64,000 bases of DNA from Bispira polyomma (lineage: Eukaryota): assembly GCA_965649765.1 (NCBI GenBank), contig OZ287756.1, positions 44,330,001 to 44,394,000 on the forward strand, given 5' to 3'. This document shows positions 26,601 to 41,600 of the stretch, piece by piece. The notes under the pieces were generated by a model. That model had not been told where the DNA came from. It did no database searches and saw nothing but the letters and a program-made list of their open reading frames with translations. Each line of letters opens with the position of its first letter. The first letter of the stretch is position 1. The position numbers and the translations under genes were made by a program.

Positions 26601-29600
26601 CTGGTTCTTTGTCATTCTCTTCATCCACACAAGTACCGTCTGGAACAGGAACACCAGTGTCATCTTCTTGTATTCTGTCCTCTTCTCGATCCTTTTCAGA
26701 CTGTGGTGTAACAGTTTCTCTTGGAGTGTCACCTTCTTCGACATCTTCAGTGTGTTTATGTTCATCTTCTGCATCATCAGTAGGTGCGTCACCATCCAGT
26801 ATTGGTGTTTCATCATCAACACATGTACCAACTGGGACAGGCGCTTCTTCCTCCTTAGAATCTTCAGTCAGGTCATCTTCTTGTGTGGCTTCATCTGGTT
26901 TGGATGATTCAGCATCCTCCAATTCACTTTCATCCATTGGAAGATTATCTGTGTCTCTGCTTTCTTCATCCATAGTTTCTGTAGGTTCAGTAATTTCCTC
27001 TTCTGGTTCTTTGTCATTCTCTTCATCCACACAAGTACCGTCTGGAACAGGAACACCAGTGTCATCTTCTTGTATTCTGTCCCCTTCTAGATCCTTTTCA
27101 GACTGTGGTGTAACAGTTTCTCTTGTAGTGTCACCTTCTTCGACATCTTCAGTGTGTTTGTTTTCATCTTCTGCAGCATCAGTAGGTGCGTCGCCATCCA
27201 GTATTGGTGTTTCATCATCAACACATGTACCAACTGGGACAGGTGCTTCATCCTCCTTAGAATCTTCTGTCAGGTCTTCTTCATGTGGTGCTTCATCTGG
27301 TTTGGATGATTCAACATCTTCCAATTCACTTTCATCCATTGGAAGATTATCTGTGTCTTTGCTTTCTTCATCCATAGTTTCTGTAGGTTCAGTAATTTTC
27401 TCTTCTGGTTCTTTGTCATTCTCTTCATCCACACAAGTACCGTCTGGAACAGGAACACCAGTGTCATCTTCTTGTATTCTGTCCTCTTCTCGATCCTTTT
27501 CAGACTGTGGTGTAACAGTTTCTCTTGGAGTGTCACCTTCTTCGACATCTTCAGTGTGTTTATGTTCATCTTCTGCATCATCAGTAGGTGCGTCACCATC
27601 CAGTATTGGTGTTTCATCATCAACACATGTACCAACTGGGACAGGCGCTTCTTCCTCCTTAGAATCTTCAGTCAGGTCATCTTCTTGTGTGGCTTCATCT
27701 GGTTTGGATGATTCAGCATCCTCCAATTCACTTCCATCCATTGGAAGATTATCTGTGTCTCTGCTTTCTTCATCCATAGTTTCTGTAGGTTCAGTAATTT
27801 CCTCTTCTGGTTCTTTGTCATTCTCTTCATCCACACAAGTACCGTCTGGAACAGGAACACCAGTGTCATCTTCTTGTATTCTGTCCCCTTCTAGATCCTT
27901 TTCAGACTGTGGTGTAACAGTTTCTCTTGTAGTGTCACCTTCTTCGACATCTTCAGTGTGTTTGTTTTCATCTTCTGCAGCATCAGTAGGTGCGTCGCCA
28001 TCCAGTATTGGTGTTTCATCATCAACACATGTACCAACTGGGACAGGTGCTTCATCCTCCTTAGAATCTTCAGTCAGGTCTTCTTCATGTGGTGCTTCAT
28101 CTGGTTTGGATGATTCAACATCTTCCAATTCACTTTCATCCATTGGAAGATTATCTGTGTCTTTGCTTTCTTCATCCATAGTTTCTGTAGGTTCAGTAAT
28201 TTTCTCTTCTGGTTCTTTGTCATTCTCTTCATCCACACAAGTACCGTCTGGAACAGGAACACCAGTGTCATCTTCTTGTATTCTGTCCTCTTCTCGATCC
28301 TTTTCAGACTGTGGTGTAACAGTTTCTCTTGGAGTGTCACCTTCTTCGACATCTTCAGTGTGTTTATGTTCATCTTCTGCATCATCAGTAGGTGCGTCAC
28401 CATCCAGTATTGGTGTTTCATCATCAACACATGTACCAACTGGGACAGGCGCTTCTTCCTCCTTAGAATCTTCAGTCAGGTCATCTTCTTGTGTGGCTTC
28501 ATCTGGTTTGGATGATTCAGCATCCTCCAATTCACTTTCATCCATTGGAAGATTATCTGTGTCTCTGCTTTCTTCATCCATAGTTTCTGTAGGTTCAGTA
28601 ATTTCCTCTTCTGGTTCTTTGTCATTCTCTTCATCCACACAAGTACCGTCTGGAACAGGAACACCAGTGTCATCTTCTTGTATTCTGTCCCCTTCTAGAT
28701 CCTTTTCAGACTGTGGTGTAACAGTTTCTCTTGTAGTGTCACCTTCTTCGACATCTTCAGTGTGTTTGTTTTCATCTTCTGCAGCATCAGTAGGTGCGTC
28801 GCCATCCAGTATTGGTGTTTCATCATCAACACATGTACCAACTGGGACAGGTGCTTCATCCTCCTTAGAATCTTCAGTCAGGTCTTCTTCATGTGGTGCT
28901 TCATCTGGTTTGGATGATTCAACATCTTCCAATTCACTTTCATCCATTGGAAGATTATCTGTGTCTTTGCTTTCTTCATCCATAGTTTCTGTAGGTTCAG
29001 TAATTTTCTCTTCTGGTTCTTTGTCATTCTCTTCATCCACACAAGTACCGTCTGGAACAGGAACACCAGTGTCATCTTCTTGTATTCTGTCCTCTTCTCG
29101 ATCCTTTTCAGACTGTGGTGTAACAGTTTCTCTTGGAGTGTCACCTTCTTCGACATCTTCAGTGTGTTTATGTTCATCTTCTGCATCATCAGTAGGTGCG
29201 TCACCATCCAGTATTGGTGTTTCATCATCAACACATGTACCAACTGGGACAGGCGCTTCTTCCTCCTTAGAATCTTCAGTCAGGTCATCTTCTTGTGTGG
29301 CTTCATCTGGTTTGGATGATTCAGCATCCTCCAATTCACTTTCATCCATTGGAAGATTATCTGTGTCTCTGCTTTCTTCATCCATAGTTTCTGTAGGTTC
29401 AGTAATTTCCTCTTCTGGTTCTTTGTCATTCTCTTCATCCACACAAGTACCGTCTGGAACAGGAACACCAGTGTCATCTTCTTGTATTCTGTCCCCTTCT
29501 AGATCCTTTTCAGACTGTGGTGTAACAGTTTCTCTTGGAGCGTCACCTTCTTCGACATCTTCAGTGTGTTTGTTTTCATCTTCTGCAGCACCAGTAGGTG

Positions 29601-32600
29601 CGTCGCCATCCAGTATTGGTGTTTCATCATCAACACATGTACCAACTGGGACAGGTGCTTCATCCTCCTTAGAATCTTCAGTCAGGTCTTCTTCATGTGG
29701 TGCTTCATCTGGTTTGGATGATTCAACATCTTCCAATTCACTTTCATCCATTGGAAGATTATCTGTGTCTTTGCTTTCTTCATCCATAGTTTCTGTAGGT
29801 TCAGTAATTTTCTCTTCTGGTTCTTTGTCATTCTCTTCATCCACACAAGTACCGTCTGGAACAGGAACACCAGTGTCGTCTTCTTGTATTCTGTCCTCTT
29901 CTCGATCCTTTTCAGACTGTGGTGTAACAGTTTCTCTTGGAGTGTCACCTTCTTCGACATCTTCAGTGTGTTTATGTTCATCTTCTGCATCATCAGTAGG
30001 TGCGTCACCATCCAGTATTGGTGTTTCATCATCAACACATGTACCAACTGGGACAGGCGCTTCTTCCTCCTTAGAATCTTCAGTCAGGTCATCTTCTTGT
30101 GTGGCTTCATCTGGTTTGGATGATTCAGCATCCTCCAATTCACTTTCATCCATTGGAAGATTATCTGTGTCTCTGCTTTCTTCATCCATAGTTTCTGTAG
30201 GTTCAGTAATTTCCTCTTCTGGTTCTTTGTCATTCTCTTCATCCACACAAGTACCGTCTGGAACAGGAACACCAGTGTCATCTTCTTGTATTCTGTCCCC
30301 TTCTAGATCCTTTTCAGACTGTGGTGTAACAGTTTCTCTTGTAGTGTCACCTTCTTTGACATCTTCAGTGTGTTTGTTTTCATCTTCTGCAGCATCAGTA
30401 GGTGCGTCGCCATCCAGTATTGGTGTTTCATCATCAACACATGTACCAACTGGGACAGGTGCTTCATCCTCCTTAGAATCTTCTGTCAGGTCTTCTTCAT
30501 GTGGTGCTTCATCTGGTTTGGATGATTCAACATCTTCCAATTCACTTTCATCCATTGGAAGATTATCTGTGTCTTTGCTTTCTTCATCCATAGTTTCTGT
30601 AGGTTCAGTAATTTTCTCTTCTGGTTCTTTGTCATTCTCTTCATCCACACAAGTACCGTCTGGAACAGGAACACCAGTGTCATCTTCTTGTATTCTGTCC
30701 TCTTCTCGATCCTTTTCAGACTGTGGTGTAACAGTTTCTCTTGGAGTGTCACCTTCTTCGACATCTTCAGTGTGTTTATGTTCATCTTCTGCATCATCAG
30801 TAGGTGCGTCACCATCCAGTATTGGTGTTTCATCATCAACACATGTACCAACTGGGACAGGCGCTTCTTCCTCCTTAGAATCTTCAGTCAGGTCATCTTC
30901 TTGTGTGGCTTCATCTGGTTTGGATGATTCAGCATCCTCCAATTCACTTTCATCCATTGGAAGATTATCTGTGTCTCTGCTTTCTTCATCCATAGTTTCT
31001 GTAGGTTCAGTAATTTCCTCTTCTGGTTCTTTGTCATTCTCTTCATCCACACAAGTACCGTCTGGAACAGGAACACCAGTGTCATCTTCTTGTATTCTGT
31101 CCCCTTCTAGATCCTTTTCAGACTGTGGTGTAACAGTTTCTCTTGGAGTGTCACCTTCTTCGACATCTTCAGTGTGTTTGTTTTCATCTTCTGCAGCATC
31201 AGTAGGTGCGTCGCCATCCAGTATTGGTGTTTCATCATCAACACATGTACCAACTGGGACAGGTGCTTCATCCTCCTTAGAATCTTCTGTCAGGTCATCT
31301 TCTTGTGGTGCTTCATCTGGTTTGGATGATTCAACATCTTCCAATTCACTTTCATCCATTGGAAGATTATCTGTGTCTTTGCTTTCTTCATCCATAGTTT
31401 CTGTAGGTTCAGTAATTTTCTCTTCTGGTTCTTTGTCATTCTCTTCATCCACACAAGTACCGTCTGGAACAGGAACACCCGTGTCATCTTCTTGTATTCT
31501 GTCCTCTTCTCGATCCTTTTCAGACTGTGGTGTAACAGTTTCTCTTGGAGTGTCACCTTCTTCGACATCTTCAGTGTGTTTATGTTCATCTTCTGCAGCA
31601 TCAGTAGGTGCGTCACCATCCAGTATTGGTGTTTCATCATCAACACATGTACCAACTGGGAAAGGCACTTCTTCCTCCTTAGAATCTTCAGTCAGGTCAT
31701 CTCTATGTGGGGCTTCATTTGGTTTGGATGATTCAACATCTTCCAATTCACTTTCATCCATTGGAAGATTATCTGTGTCTTTGCTTTCTTCATCCATAGT
31801 TTCTGTAGGTTCAGTAATTTCCTCTTCTGGTTCTTTGTCATTCTCTTCATCCACACAAGTACCATCTGGAACAGGAACACCAGTGTCATCTTCTTGTATT
31901 CTGTCCTCTTCTAGATCCTTTTCAGACTGTGGTGTAACAGTTTCTCTTGGAGTGTCACCTTCTTTGACATCTTCAGTGTGGTTATGTTCATCTTCTGCAG
32001 CATCAGTAGGTGCGTCACCATCCAGTATTGGTGTTTCATCATCAACACATGTACCAACTGGGAAAGGCACTTCTTCCTCCTTAGAATCTTCAGTCAGGTC
32101 ATCTCTATGTGGGGCTTCATTTGGTTTGGATGATTCAACATCTTCCAATTCACTTTCATCCATTGGAAGATTATCTGTGTCTTTGCTTTCTTCATCCATA
32201 GTTTCTGTAGGTTCAGTAATTTCCTCTTCTGGTTCTTTGTCATTCTCTTCATCCACACAAGTACCATCTGGAACAGGAACACCAGTGTCATCTTCTTGTA
32301 TTCTGTCCTCTTCTAGATCCTTTTCAGACTGTGGTGTAACAGTTTCTCTTGGAGTGTCACCTTCTTTGACATCTTCAGTGTGTTTGTGTTCATCTTCTGC
32401 AGCATCAGTAGGTGAGTCGCCATCCAGTATTGGTGTTTCATCATCAACACATGTACCAACTGGGACAGGTGCTTCTTCCTCCTTAGAATCTTCAGTCAGG
32501 TCATCTTCTTGTGTGACTTCATCTGGTTTGGATGATTCAGCATCCTCCAATTCACTTTCATCCATTGAAAGAATATCTGTGTCTCTGCTTTCTTCATCCA

Positions 32601-35600
32601 TAGTTTCTGTAGGTTCAGTAATTTCCTTTTCTGGTTCTTTGTCATTCTCTTCATCCACACAAGTACCGTCTGGAACAGGAACACCAGCGTCATCTTCTTG
32701 TATTCTGTCCCCTTCTAGATCCTTTTCAGACTGTGGTGTAACAGTTTCTGTTGGAGTGTCACCTTCTTTGACATCTTCAGTGTGTTTGTTTTCATCTTCT
32801 GCAGCATCAGTAGGTGCGTCGCCATCCAGTATTGGTGTTTCATCATCAACACATGTACCAACTGGGACAGGTGCTTCATCCTCCTTAGAATCTTCTGTCA
32901 GGTCATCTTCTTGTGGTGCTTCATCTGGTTTGGATGATTCAACATCTTCCAATTCACTTTCATCCATTGGAAGATTATCTGTGTCTTTGCTTTCTTCATC
33001 CATAGTTTCTGTAGGTTCAGTAATTTTCTCTTCTGGTTCTTTGTCATTCTCTTCATCCACACAAGTACCGTCTGGAACAGGAACACCAGTGTCATCTTCT
33101 TGTATTCTGTCCTCTTCTAGATCCTTTTCAGACTGTGGTGTAACAGTTTCTCTTGGAGTGTCACCTTCTTTGACATCTTCAGTGTGTTTGTGTTCATCTT
33201 CTGCAGCATCAGTAGGTGAGTCGCCATCCAGTATTGGTGTTTCATCATCAACACATGTACCAACTGGGACAGGTGCTTCTTCCTCCTTAGAATCTTCAGT
33301 CAGGTCATCTTCTTGTGTGACTTCATCTGGTTTGGATGATTCAGCATCCTCCAATTCACTTTCATCCATTGAAAGATTATCTGTGTCTCTGCTTTCTTCA
33401 TCCATAGTTTCTGTAGGTTCAGTAATTTCCTTTTCTGGTTCTTTGTCATTCTCTTCATCCACACAAGTACCGTCTGGAACAGGAACACCAGCGTCATCTT
33501 CTTGTATTCTGTCCCCTTCTAGATCCTTTTCAGACTGTGGTGTAACAGTTTCTCTTGGAGTGTCACCTTCTTCGACATCTTCAGTGTGTTTGTTTTCATC
33601 TTCTGCAGCATCAGTAGGTGCGTCGCCATCCAGTATTGGTGTTTCATCATCAACACATGTACCAACTGGGACAGGTGCTTCATCCTCCTTAGAATCTTCT
33701 GTCAGGTCATCTTCTTGTGGTGCTTCATCTGGTTTGGATGATTCAACATCTTCCAATTCACTTTCATCCATTGGAAGATTATCTGTGTCTTTGCTTTCTT
33801 CATCCATAGTTTCTGTAGGTTCAGTAATTTTCTCTTCTGGTTCTTTGTCATTCTCTTCATCCACACAAGTACCGTCTGGAACAGGAACACCCGTGTCATC
33901 TTCTTGTATTCTGTCCTCTTCTAGATCCTTTTCAGACTGTGGTGTAACAGTTTCTCTTGGAGTGTCACCTTCTTCGACATCTTCAGTGTGTTTATGTTCA
34001 TCTTCTGCAGCATCAGTAGGTGCGTCACCATCCAGTATTGGTGTTTCATCATCAACACATGTACCAACTGGGAAAGGCACTTCTTCCTCCTTAGAATCTT
34101 CAGTCAGGTCATCTCTATGTGGGGCTTCATTTGGTTTGGATGATTCAACATCTTCCAATTCACTTTTATCCATTGGAAGATTATCTGTGTCTTTGCTTTC
34201 TTCATCCATAGTTTCTGTAGGTTCAGTAATTTCCTCTTCTGGTTCTTTGTCATTCTCTTCATCCACACAAGTACCATCTGGAACAGGAACACCAGTGTCA
34301 TCTTCTTGTATTCTGTCCTCTTCTAGATCCTTTTCAGACTGTGGTGTAACAGTTTCTCTTGGAGTGTCACCTTCTTTGACATCTTCAGTGTGTTTGTGTT
34401 CATCTTCTGCAGCATCAGTAGGTGAGTTGCCATCCAGTATTGGTGTTTCATCATCAACACATGTACCAACTGGGACAGGTGCTTCTTCCTCCTTAGAATC
34501 TTCAGTCAGGTCATCTTCTTGTGTGACTTCATCTGGTTTGGATGATTCAGCATCCTCCAATTCACTTTCATCCATTGAAAGAATATCTGTGTCTCTGCTT
34601 TGTTCATCCATAGTTTCTGTAGGTTCAGTAATTTCCTTTTCTGGTTCTTTGTCATTCTCTTCATCCACACAAGTACCGTCTGGAACAGGAACACCAGCGT
34701 CATCTTCTTGTATTCTGTCCCCTTCTAGATCCTTTTCAGACTGTGGTGTAACAGTTTCTGTTGGAGTGTCACCTTCTTTGACATCTTCAGTGTGTTTGTT
34801 TTCATCTTCTGCAGCATCAGTAGGTGCGTCGCCATCCAGTATTGGTGTTTCATCATCAACACATGTACCAACTGGGACAGGTGCTTCATCCTCCTTAGAA
34901 TCTTCTGTCAGGTCATCTTCTTGTGGTGCTTCATCTGGTTTGGATGATTCAACATCTTCCAATTCACTTTCATCCATTGGAAGATTATCTGTGTCTTTGC
35001 TTTCTTCATCCATAGTTTCTGTAGGTTCAGTAATTTTCTCTTCTGGTTCTTTGTCATTCTCTTCATCCACACAAGTACCGTCTGGAACAGGAACACCAGT
35101 GTCATCTTCTTGTATTCTGTCCTCTTCTAGATCCTTTTCAGACTGTGGTGTAACAGTTTCTCTTGTAGTGTCACCTTCTTTGACATCTTCAGTGTGTTTG
35201 TGTTCATCTTCTGCAGCATCAGTAGGTGAGTCGCCATCCAGTATTGGTGTTTCATCATCAACACATGTACCAACTGGGACAGGTGCTTCTTCCTCCTTAG
35301 AATCTTCAGTCAGGTCATCTTCTTGTGTGACTTCATCTGGTTTGGATGATTCAGCATCCTCCAATTCACTTTCATCCATTGAAAGATTATCTGTGTCTCT
35401 GCTTTCTTCATCCATAGTTTCTGTAGGTTCAGTAATTTCCTTTTCTGGTTCTTTGTCATTCTCTTCATCCACACAAGTACTGTCTGGAACAGGAACACCA
35501 GCGTCATCTTCTTGTATTCTGTCCCCTTCTAGATCCTTTTCAGACTGTGGTGTAACAGTTTCTCTTGGAGTGTCACCTTCTTCGACATCTTCAGTGTGTT

Positions 35601-38600
35601 TGTTTTCATCTTCTGCAGCATCAGTAGGTGCGTCGCCATCCAGTATTGGTGTTTCATCATCAACACATGTACCAACTGGGACAGGTGCTTCATCCTCCTT
35701 AGAATCTTCTGTCAGGTCATCTTCTTGTGGTGCTTCATCTGGTTTGGATGATTCAACATCTTCCAATTCACTTTCATCCATTGGAAGATTATCTGTGTCT
35801 TTGCTTTCTTCATCCATAGTTTCTGTAGGTTCAGTAATTTTCTCTTCTGGTTCTTTGTCATTCTCTTCATCCACACAAGTACCGTCTGGAACAGGAACAC
35901 CAGTGTCATCTTCTTGTATTCTGTCCTCTTCTAGATCCTTTTCAGACTGTGGTGTAACAGTTTCTCTTGTAGTGTCACCTTCTTTGACATCTTCAGTGTG
36001 TTTGTGTTCATCTTCTGCAGCATCAGTAGGTGAGTCGCCATCCAGTATTGGTGTTTCATCATCAACACATGTACCAACTGGGACAGGTGCTTCTTCCTCC
36101 TTAGAATCTTCAGTCAGGTCATCTTCTTGTGTGACTTCATCTGGTTTGGATGATTCAGCATCCTCCAATTCACTTTCATCCATTGAAAGATTATCTGTGT
36201 CTCTGCTTTCTTCATCCATAGTTTCTGTAGGTTCAGTAATTTCCTTTTCTGGTTCTTTGTCATTCTCTTCATCCACACAAGTACTGTCTGGAACAGGAAC
36301 ACCAGCGTCATCTTCTTGTATTCTGTCCCCTTCTAGATCCTTTTCAGACTGTGGTGTAACAGTTTCTCTTGGAGTGTCACCTTCTTCGACATCTTCAGTG
36401 TGTTTGTTTTCATCTTCTGCAGCATCAGTAGGTGCGTCGCCATCCAGTATTGGTGTTTCATCATCAACACATGTACCAACTGGGACAGGTGCTTCATCCT
36501 CCTTAGAATCTTCTGTCAGGTCATCTTCTTGTGGTGCTTCATCTGGTTTGGATGATTCAACATCTTCCAATTCACTTTCATCCATTGGAAGATTATCTGT
36601 GTCTTTGCTTTCTTCATCCATAGTTTCTGTAGGTTCAGTAATTTTCTCTTCTGGTTCTTTGTCATTCTCTTCATCCACACAAGTACCGTCTGGAACAGGA
36701 ACACCCGTGTCATCTTCTTGTATTCTGTCCTCTTCTCGATCCTTTTCAGACTGTGGTGTAACAGTTTCTCTTGGAGTGTCACCTTCTTCGACATCTTCAG
36801 TGTGTTTATGTTCATCTTCTGCAGCATCAGTAGGTGCGTCACCATCCAGTATTGGTGTTTCATCATCAACACATGTACCAACTGGGAAAGGCACTTCTTC
36901 CTCCTTAGAATCTTCAGTCAGGTCATCTCTATGTGGGGCTTCATTTGGTTTGGATGATTCAACATCTTCCAATTCACTTTCATCCATTGGAAGATTATCT
37001 GTGTCTTTGCTTTCTTCATCCATAGTTTCTGTAGGTTCAGTAATTTCCTCTTCTGGTTCTTTGTCATTCTCTTCATCCACACAAGTACCATCTGGAACAG
37101 GAACACCAGTGTCATCTTCTTGTATTCTGTCCTCTTCTAGATCCTTTTCAGACTGTGGTGTAACAGTTTCTCTTGGAGTGTCACCTTCTTTGACATCTTC
37201 AGTGTGTTTGTGTTCATCTTCTGCAGCATCAGTAGGTGAGTCGCCATCCAGTATTGGTGTTTCATCATCAACACATGTACCAACTGGGACAGGTGCTTCT
37301 TCCTCCTTAGAATCTTCAGTCAGGTCATCTTCTTGTGTGACTTCATCTGGTTTGGATGATTCAGCATCCTCCAATTCACTTTCATCCATTGAAAGATTAT
37401 CTGTGTCTCTGCTTTCTTCATCCATAGTTTCTGTAGGTTCAGTAATTTCCTTTTCTGGTTCTTTGTCATTCTCTTCATCCACACAAGTACCGTCTGGAAC
37501 AGGAACACCCGCGTCATCTTCTTGTATTCTGTCCCCTTCTAGATCCTTTTCAGACTGTGGTGTAACAGTTTCTCTTGGAGTGTCACCTTCTTTGACATCT
37601 TCAGTGTGTTTGTTTTCATCTTCTGCAGCATCAGTAGGTGCGTCGCCATCCAGTATTGGTGTTTCATTATCAACACATGTACCAACTGGGACAGGTGCTT
37701 CATCCTCCTTAGAATCTTCTGTCAGGTCTTCTTCATGTGGTGCTTCATCTGGTTTGGATGATTCAACATCTTCCAATTCACTTTCATCCATTGGAAGATT
37801 ATCTGTGTCTTTGCTTTCTTCATCCATAGTTTCTGTAGGTTCAGTAATTTTCTCTTCTGGTTCTTTGTCATTCTCTTCATCCACACAAGTACCGTCTGGA
37901 ACAGGAACACCAGTGTCATCTTCTTGTATTCTGTCCTCTTCTAGATCCTTTTCAGACTGTGGTGTAACAGTTTCTCTTGGAGTGTCACCTTCTTTGACAT
38001 CTTCAGTGTGTTTGTGTTCATCTTCTGCAGCATCAGTAGGTGAGTCGCCATCCAGTATTGGTGTTTCATCATCAACACATGTACCAACTGGGACAGGTGC
38101 TTCTTCCTCCTTAGAATCTTCAGTCAGGTCATCTTCTTGTGTGACTTCATCTGGTTTGGATGATTCAGCATCCTCCAATTCACTTTCATCCATTGAAAGA
38201 ATATCTGTGTCTCTGCTTTCTTCATCCATAGTTTCTGTAGGTTCAGTAATTTCCTTTTCTGGTTCTTTGTCATTCTCTTCATCCACACAAGTACCGTCTG
38301 GAACAGGAACACCAGCGTCATCTTCTTGTATTCTGTCCCCTTCTAGATCCTTTTCAGACTGTGGTGTAACAGTTTCTCTTGGAGTGTCACCTTCTTTGAC
38401 ATCTTCAGTGTGTTTGTTTTCATCTTCTGCAGCATCAGTAGGTGCGTCGCCATCCAGTATTGGTGTTTCATCATCAACACATGTACCAACTGGGACAGGT
38501 GCTTCATCCTCCTTAGAATCTTCTGTCAGGTCATCTTCTTGTGGTGCTTCATCTGGTTTGGATGATTCAACATCTTCCAATTCACTTTCATCCATTGGAA

Positions 38601-41600
38601 GATTATCTGTGTCTTTGCTTTCTTCATCCATAGTTTCTGTAGGTTCAGTAATTTTCTCTTCTGGTTCTTTGTCATTCTCTTCATCCACACAAGTACCGTC
38701 TGGAACAGGAACACCCGTGTCATCTTCTTGTATTCTGTCCTCTTCTCGATCCTTTTCAGACTGTGGTGTAACAGTTTCTCTTGGAGTGTCACCTTCTTCG
38801 ACATCTTCAGTGTGTTTATGTTCATCTTCTGCAGCATCAGTAGGTACGTCACCATCCAGTATTGGTGTTTCATCATCAACACATGTACCAACTGGGAAAG
38901 GCGCTTCTTCCTCCTTAGAATCTTCAGTCAGGTCATCTCCATGTGGGGCTTCATTTGGTTTGGATGATTCAACATCTTCCAATTCACTTTCATCCATTGA
39001 AAGATTATCTGTGTCTTTGCTTTCTTCATCCATAGTTTCTGTAGGTTCAGTAATTTCCTCTTCTGGTTCTTTGTCATTCTCTTCATCCACACAAGTACCA
39101 TCTGGAACAGGAACACCAGTGTCATCTTCTTGTATTCTGTCCTCTTCTAGATCCTTTTCAGACTGTGGTGTAACAGTTTCTCTTGGAGTGTCACCTTCTT
39201 TGACATCTTCAGTGTGTTTGTGTTCATCTTCTGCAGCATCAGTAGGTGAGTCGCCATCCAGTATTGGTGTTTCATCATCAACACATGTACCAACTGGGAC
39301 AGGTGCTTCTTCCTCCTTAGAATCTTCAGTCAGGTCATCTTCTTGTGTGACTTCATCTGGTTTGGATGATTCAGCATCCTCCAATTCACTTTCATCCATT
39401 GAAAGAATATCTGTGTCTCTGCTTTGTTCATCCATAGTTTCTGTAGGTTCAGTAATTTCCTTTTCTGGTTCTTTGTCATTCTCTTCATCCACACAAGTAC
39501 CGTCTGGAACAGGAACACCCGCGTCATCTTCTTGTATTCTGTCCCCTTCTAGATCCTTTTCAGACTGTGGTGTAACAGTTTCTGTTGGAGTGTCACCTTC
39601 TTTGACATCTTCAGTGTGTTTGTTTTCATCTTCTGCAGCATCAGTAGGTGCGTCGCCATCCAGTATTGGTGTTTCATTATCAACACATGTACCAACTGGG
39701 ACAGATGCTTCATCCTCCTTAGAATCTTCTGTCAGGTCTTCTTCATGTGGTGCTTCATCTGGTTTGGATGATTCAACATCTTCCAATTCACTTTCATCCA
39801 TTGGAAGATTATCTGTGTCTTTGCTTTCTTCATCCATAGTTTCTGTAGGTTCAGTAATTTTCTCTTCTGGTTCTTTGTCATTCTCTTCATCCACACAAGT
39901 ACCGTCTGGAACAGGAACACCAGTGTCATCTTCTTGTATTCTGTCCTCTTCTAGATCCTTTTCAGACTGTGGTGTAACAGTTTCTCTTGGAGTGTCACCT
40001 TCTTTGACATCTTCAGTGTGTTTGTGTTCATCTTCTGCAGCATCAGTAGGTGAGTCGCCATCCAGTATTGGTGTTTCATCATCAACACATGTACCAACTG
40101 GGACAGGCGCTTCTTCCTCCTTAGAATCTTCAGTCAGGTCATCTTCTTGTGTGACTTCATCTGGTTTGGATGATTCAGCATCCTCCAATTCACTTTCATC
40201 CATTGAAAGATTATCTGTGTCTCTGCTTTCTTCATCCATAGTTTCTGTAGGTTCAGTAATTTCCTTTTCTGGTTCTTTGTCATTCTCTTCATCCACACAA
40301 GTACCGTCTGGAACAGGAACACCAGTGTCATCTTCTTGTATTCTGTCCCCTTCTAGATCCTTTTCAGACTGTGGTGTAACAGTTTCTCTTGTAGTGTCAC
40401 CTTCTTCGACATCTTCAGTGTGTTTGTTTTCATCTTCTGCAGCATCAGTAGGTGCGTCGCCATCCAGTATTGGTGTTTCATCATCAACACATGTACCAAC
40501 TAGGACAGGCGCTTCTTCCTCCTTAGAATCTTCAGTCAGGTCATCTCCATGTGGGGCTTCATTTGGTTTGGATGATTCAACATCTTCCAATTCACTTTCA
40601 TCCATTGAAAGATTATCTGTGTCTTTGCTTTCTTCATCCATAGTTTCTGTAGGTTCAGTAATTTCCTCTTCTGGTTCTTTGTCATTCTCTTCATCCACAC
40701 AAGTACCATCTGGAACAGGAACACCAGTGTCATCTTCTTGTATTCTGTCCTCTTCTAGATCCTTTTCAGACTGTGGTGTAACAGTTTCTCTTGGAGTGTC
40801 ACCTTCTTTGACATCTTCAGTGTGTTTGTGTTCATCTTCTGCAGCATCAGTAGGTGAGTCGCCATCCAGTATTGGTGTTTCATCATCAACACATGTACCA
40901 ACTGGGACAGGTGCTTCTTCCTCCTTAGAATCTTCAGTCAGGTCATCTTCTTGTGTGACTTCATCTGGTTTGGATGATTCAGCATCCTCCAATTCACTTT
41001 CATCCATTGAAAGATTATCTGTGTCTCTGCTTTCTTCATCCATAGTTTCTGTAGGTTCAGTAATTTCCTTTTCTGGTTCTTTGTCATTCTCTTCATCCAC
41101 ACAAGTACCGTCTGGAACAGGAACACCCGCGTCATCTTCTTGTATTCTGTCCCCTTCTAGATCCTTTTCAGACTGTGGTGTAACAGTTTCTGTTGGAGTG
41201 TCACCTTCTTTGACATCTTCAGTGTGTTTGTTTTCATCTTCTGCAGCATCAGTAGGTGCGTCGCCATCCAGTATTGGTGTTTCATTATCAACACATGTAC
41301 CAACTGGGACAGGTGCTTCATCCTCCTTAGAATCTTCTGTCAGGTCTTCTTCATGTGGTGCTTCATCTGGTTTGGATGATTCAACATCTTCCAATTCACT
41401 TTCATCCATTGGAAGATTATCTGTGTCTTTGCTTTCTTCATCCATAGTTTCTGTAGGTTCAGTAATTTTCTCTTCTGGTTCTTTGTCATTCTCTTCATCC
41501 ACACAAGTACCGTCTGGAACAGGAACACCAGTGTCATCTTCTTGTATTCTGTCCTCTTCTAGATCCTTTTCAGACTGTGGTGTAACAGTTTCTCTTGGAG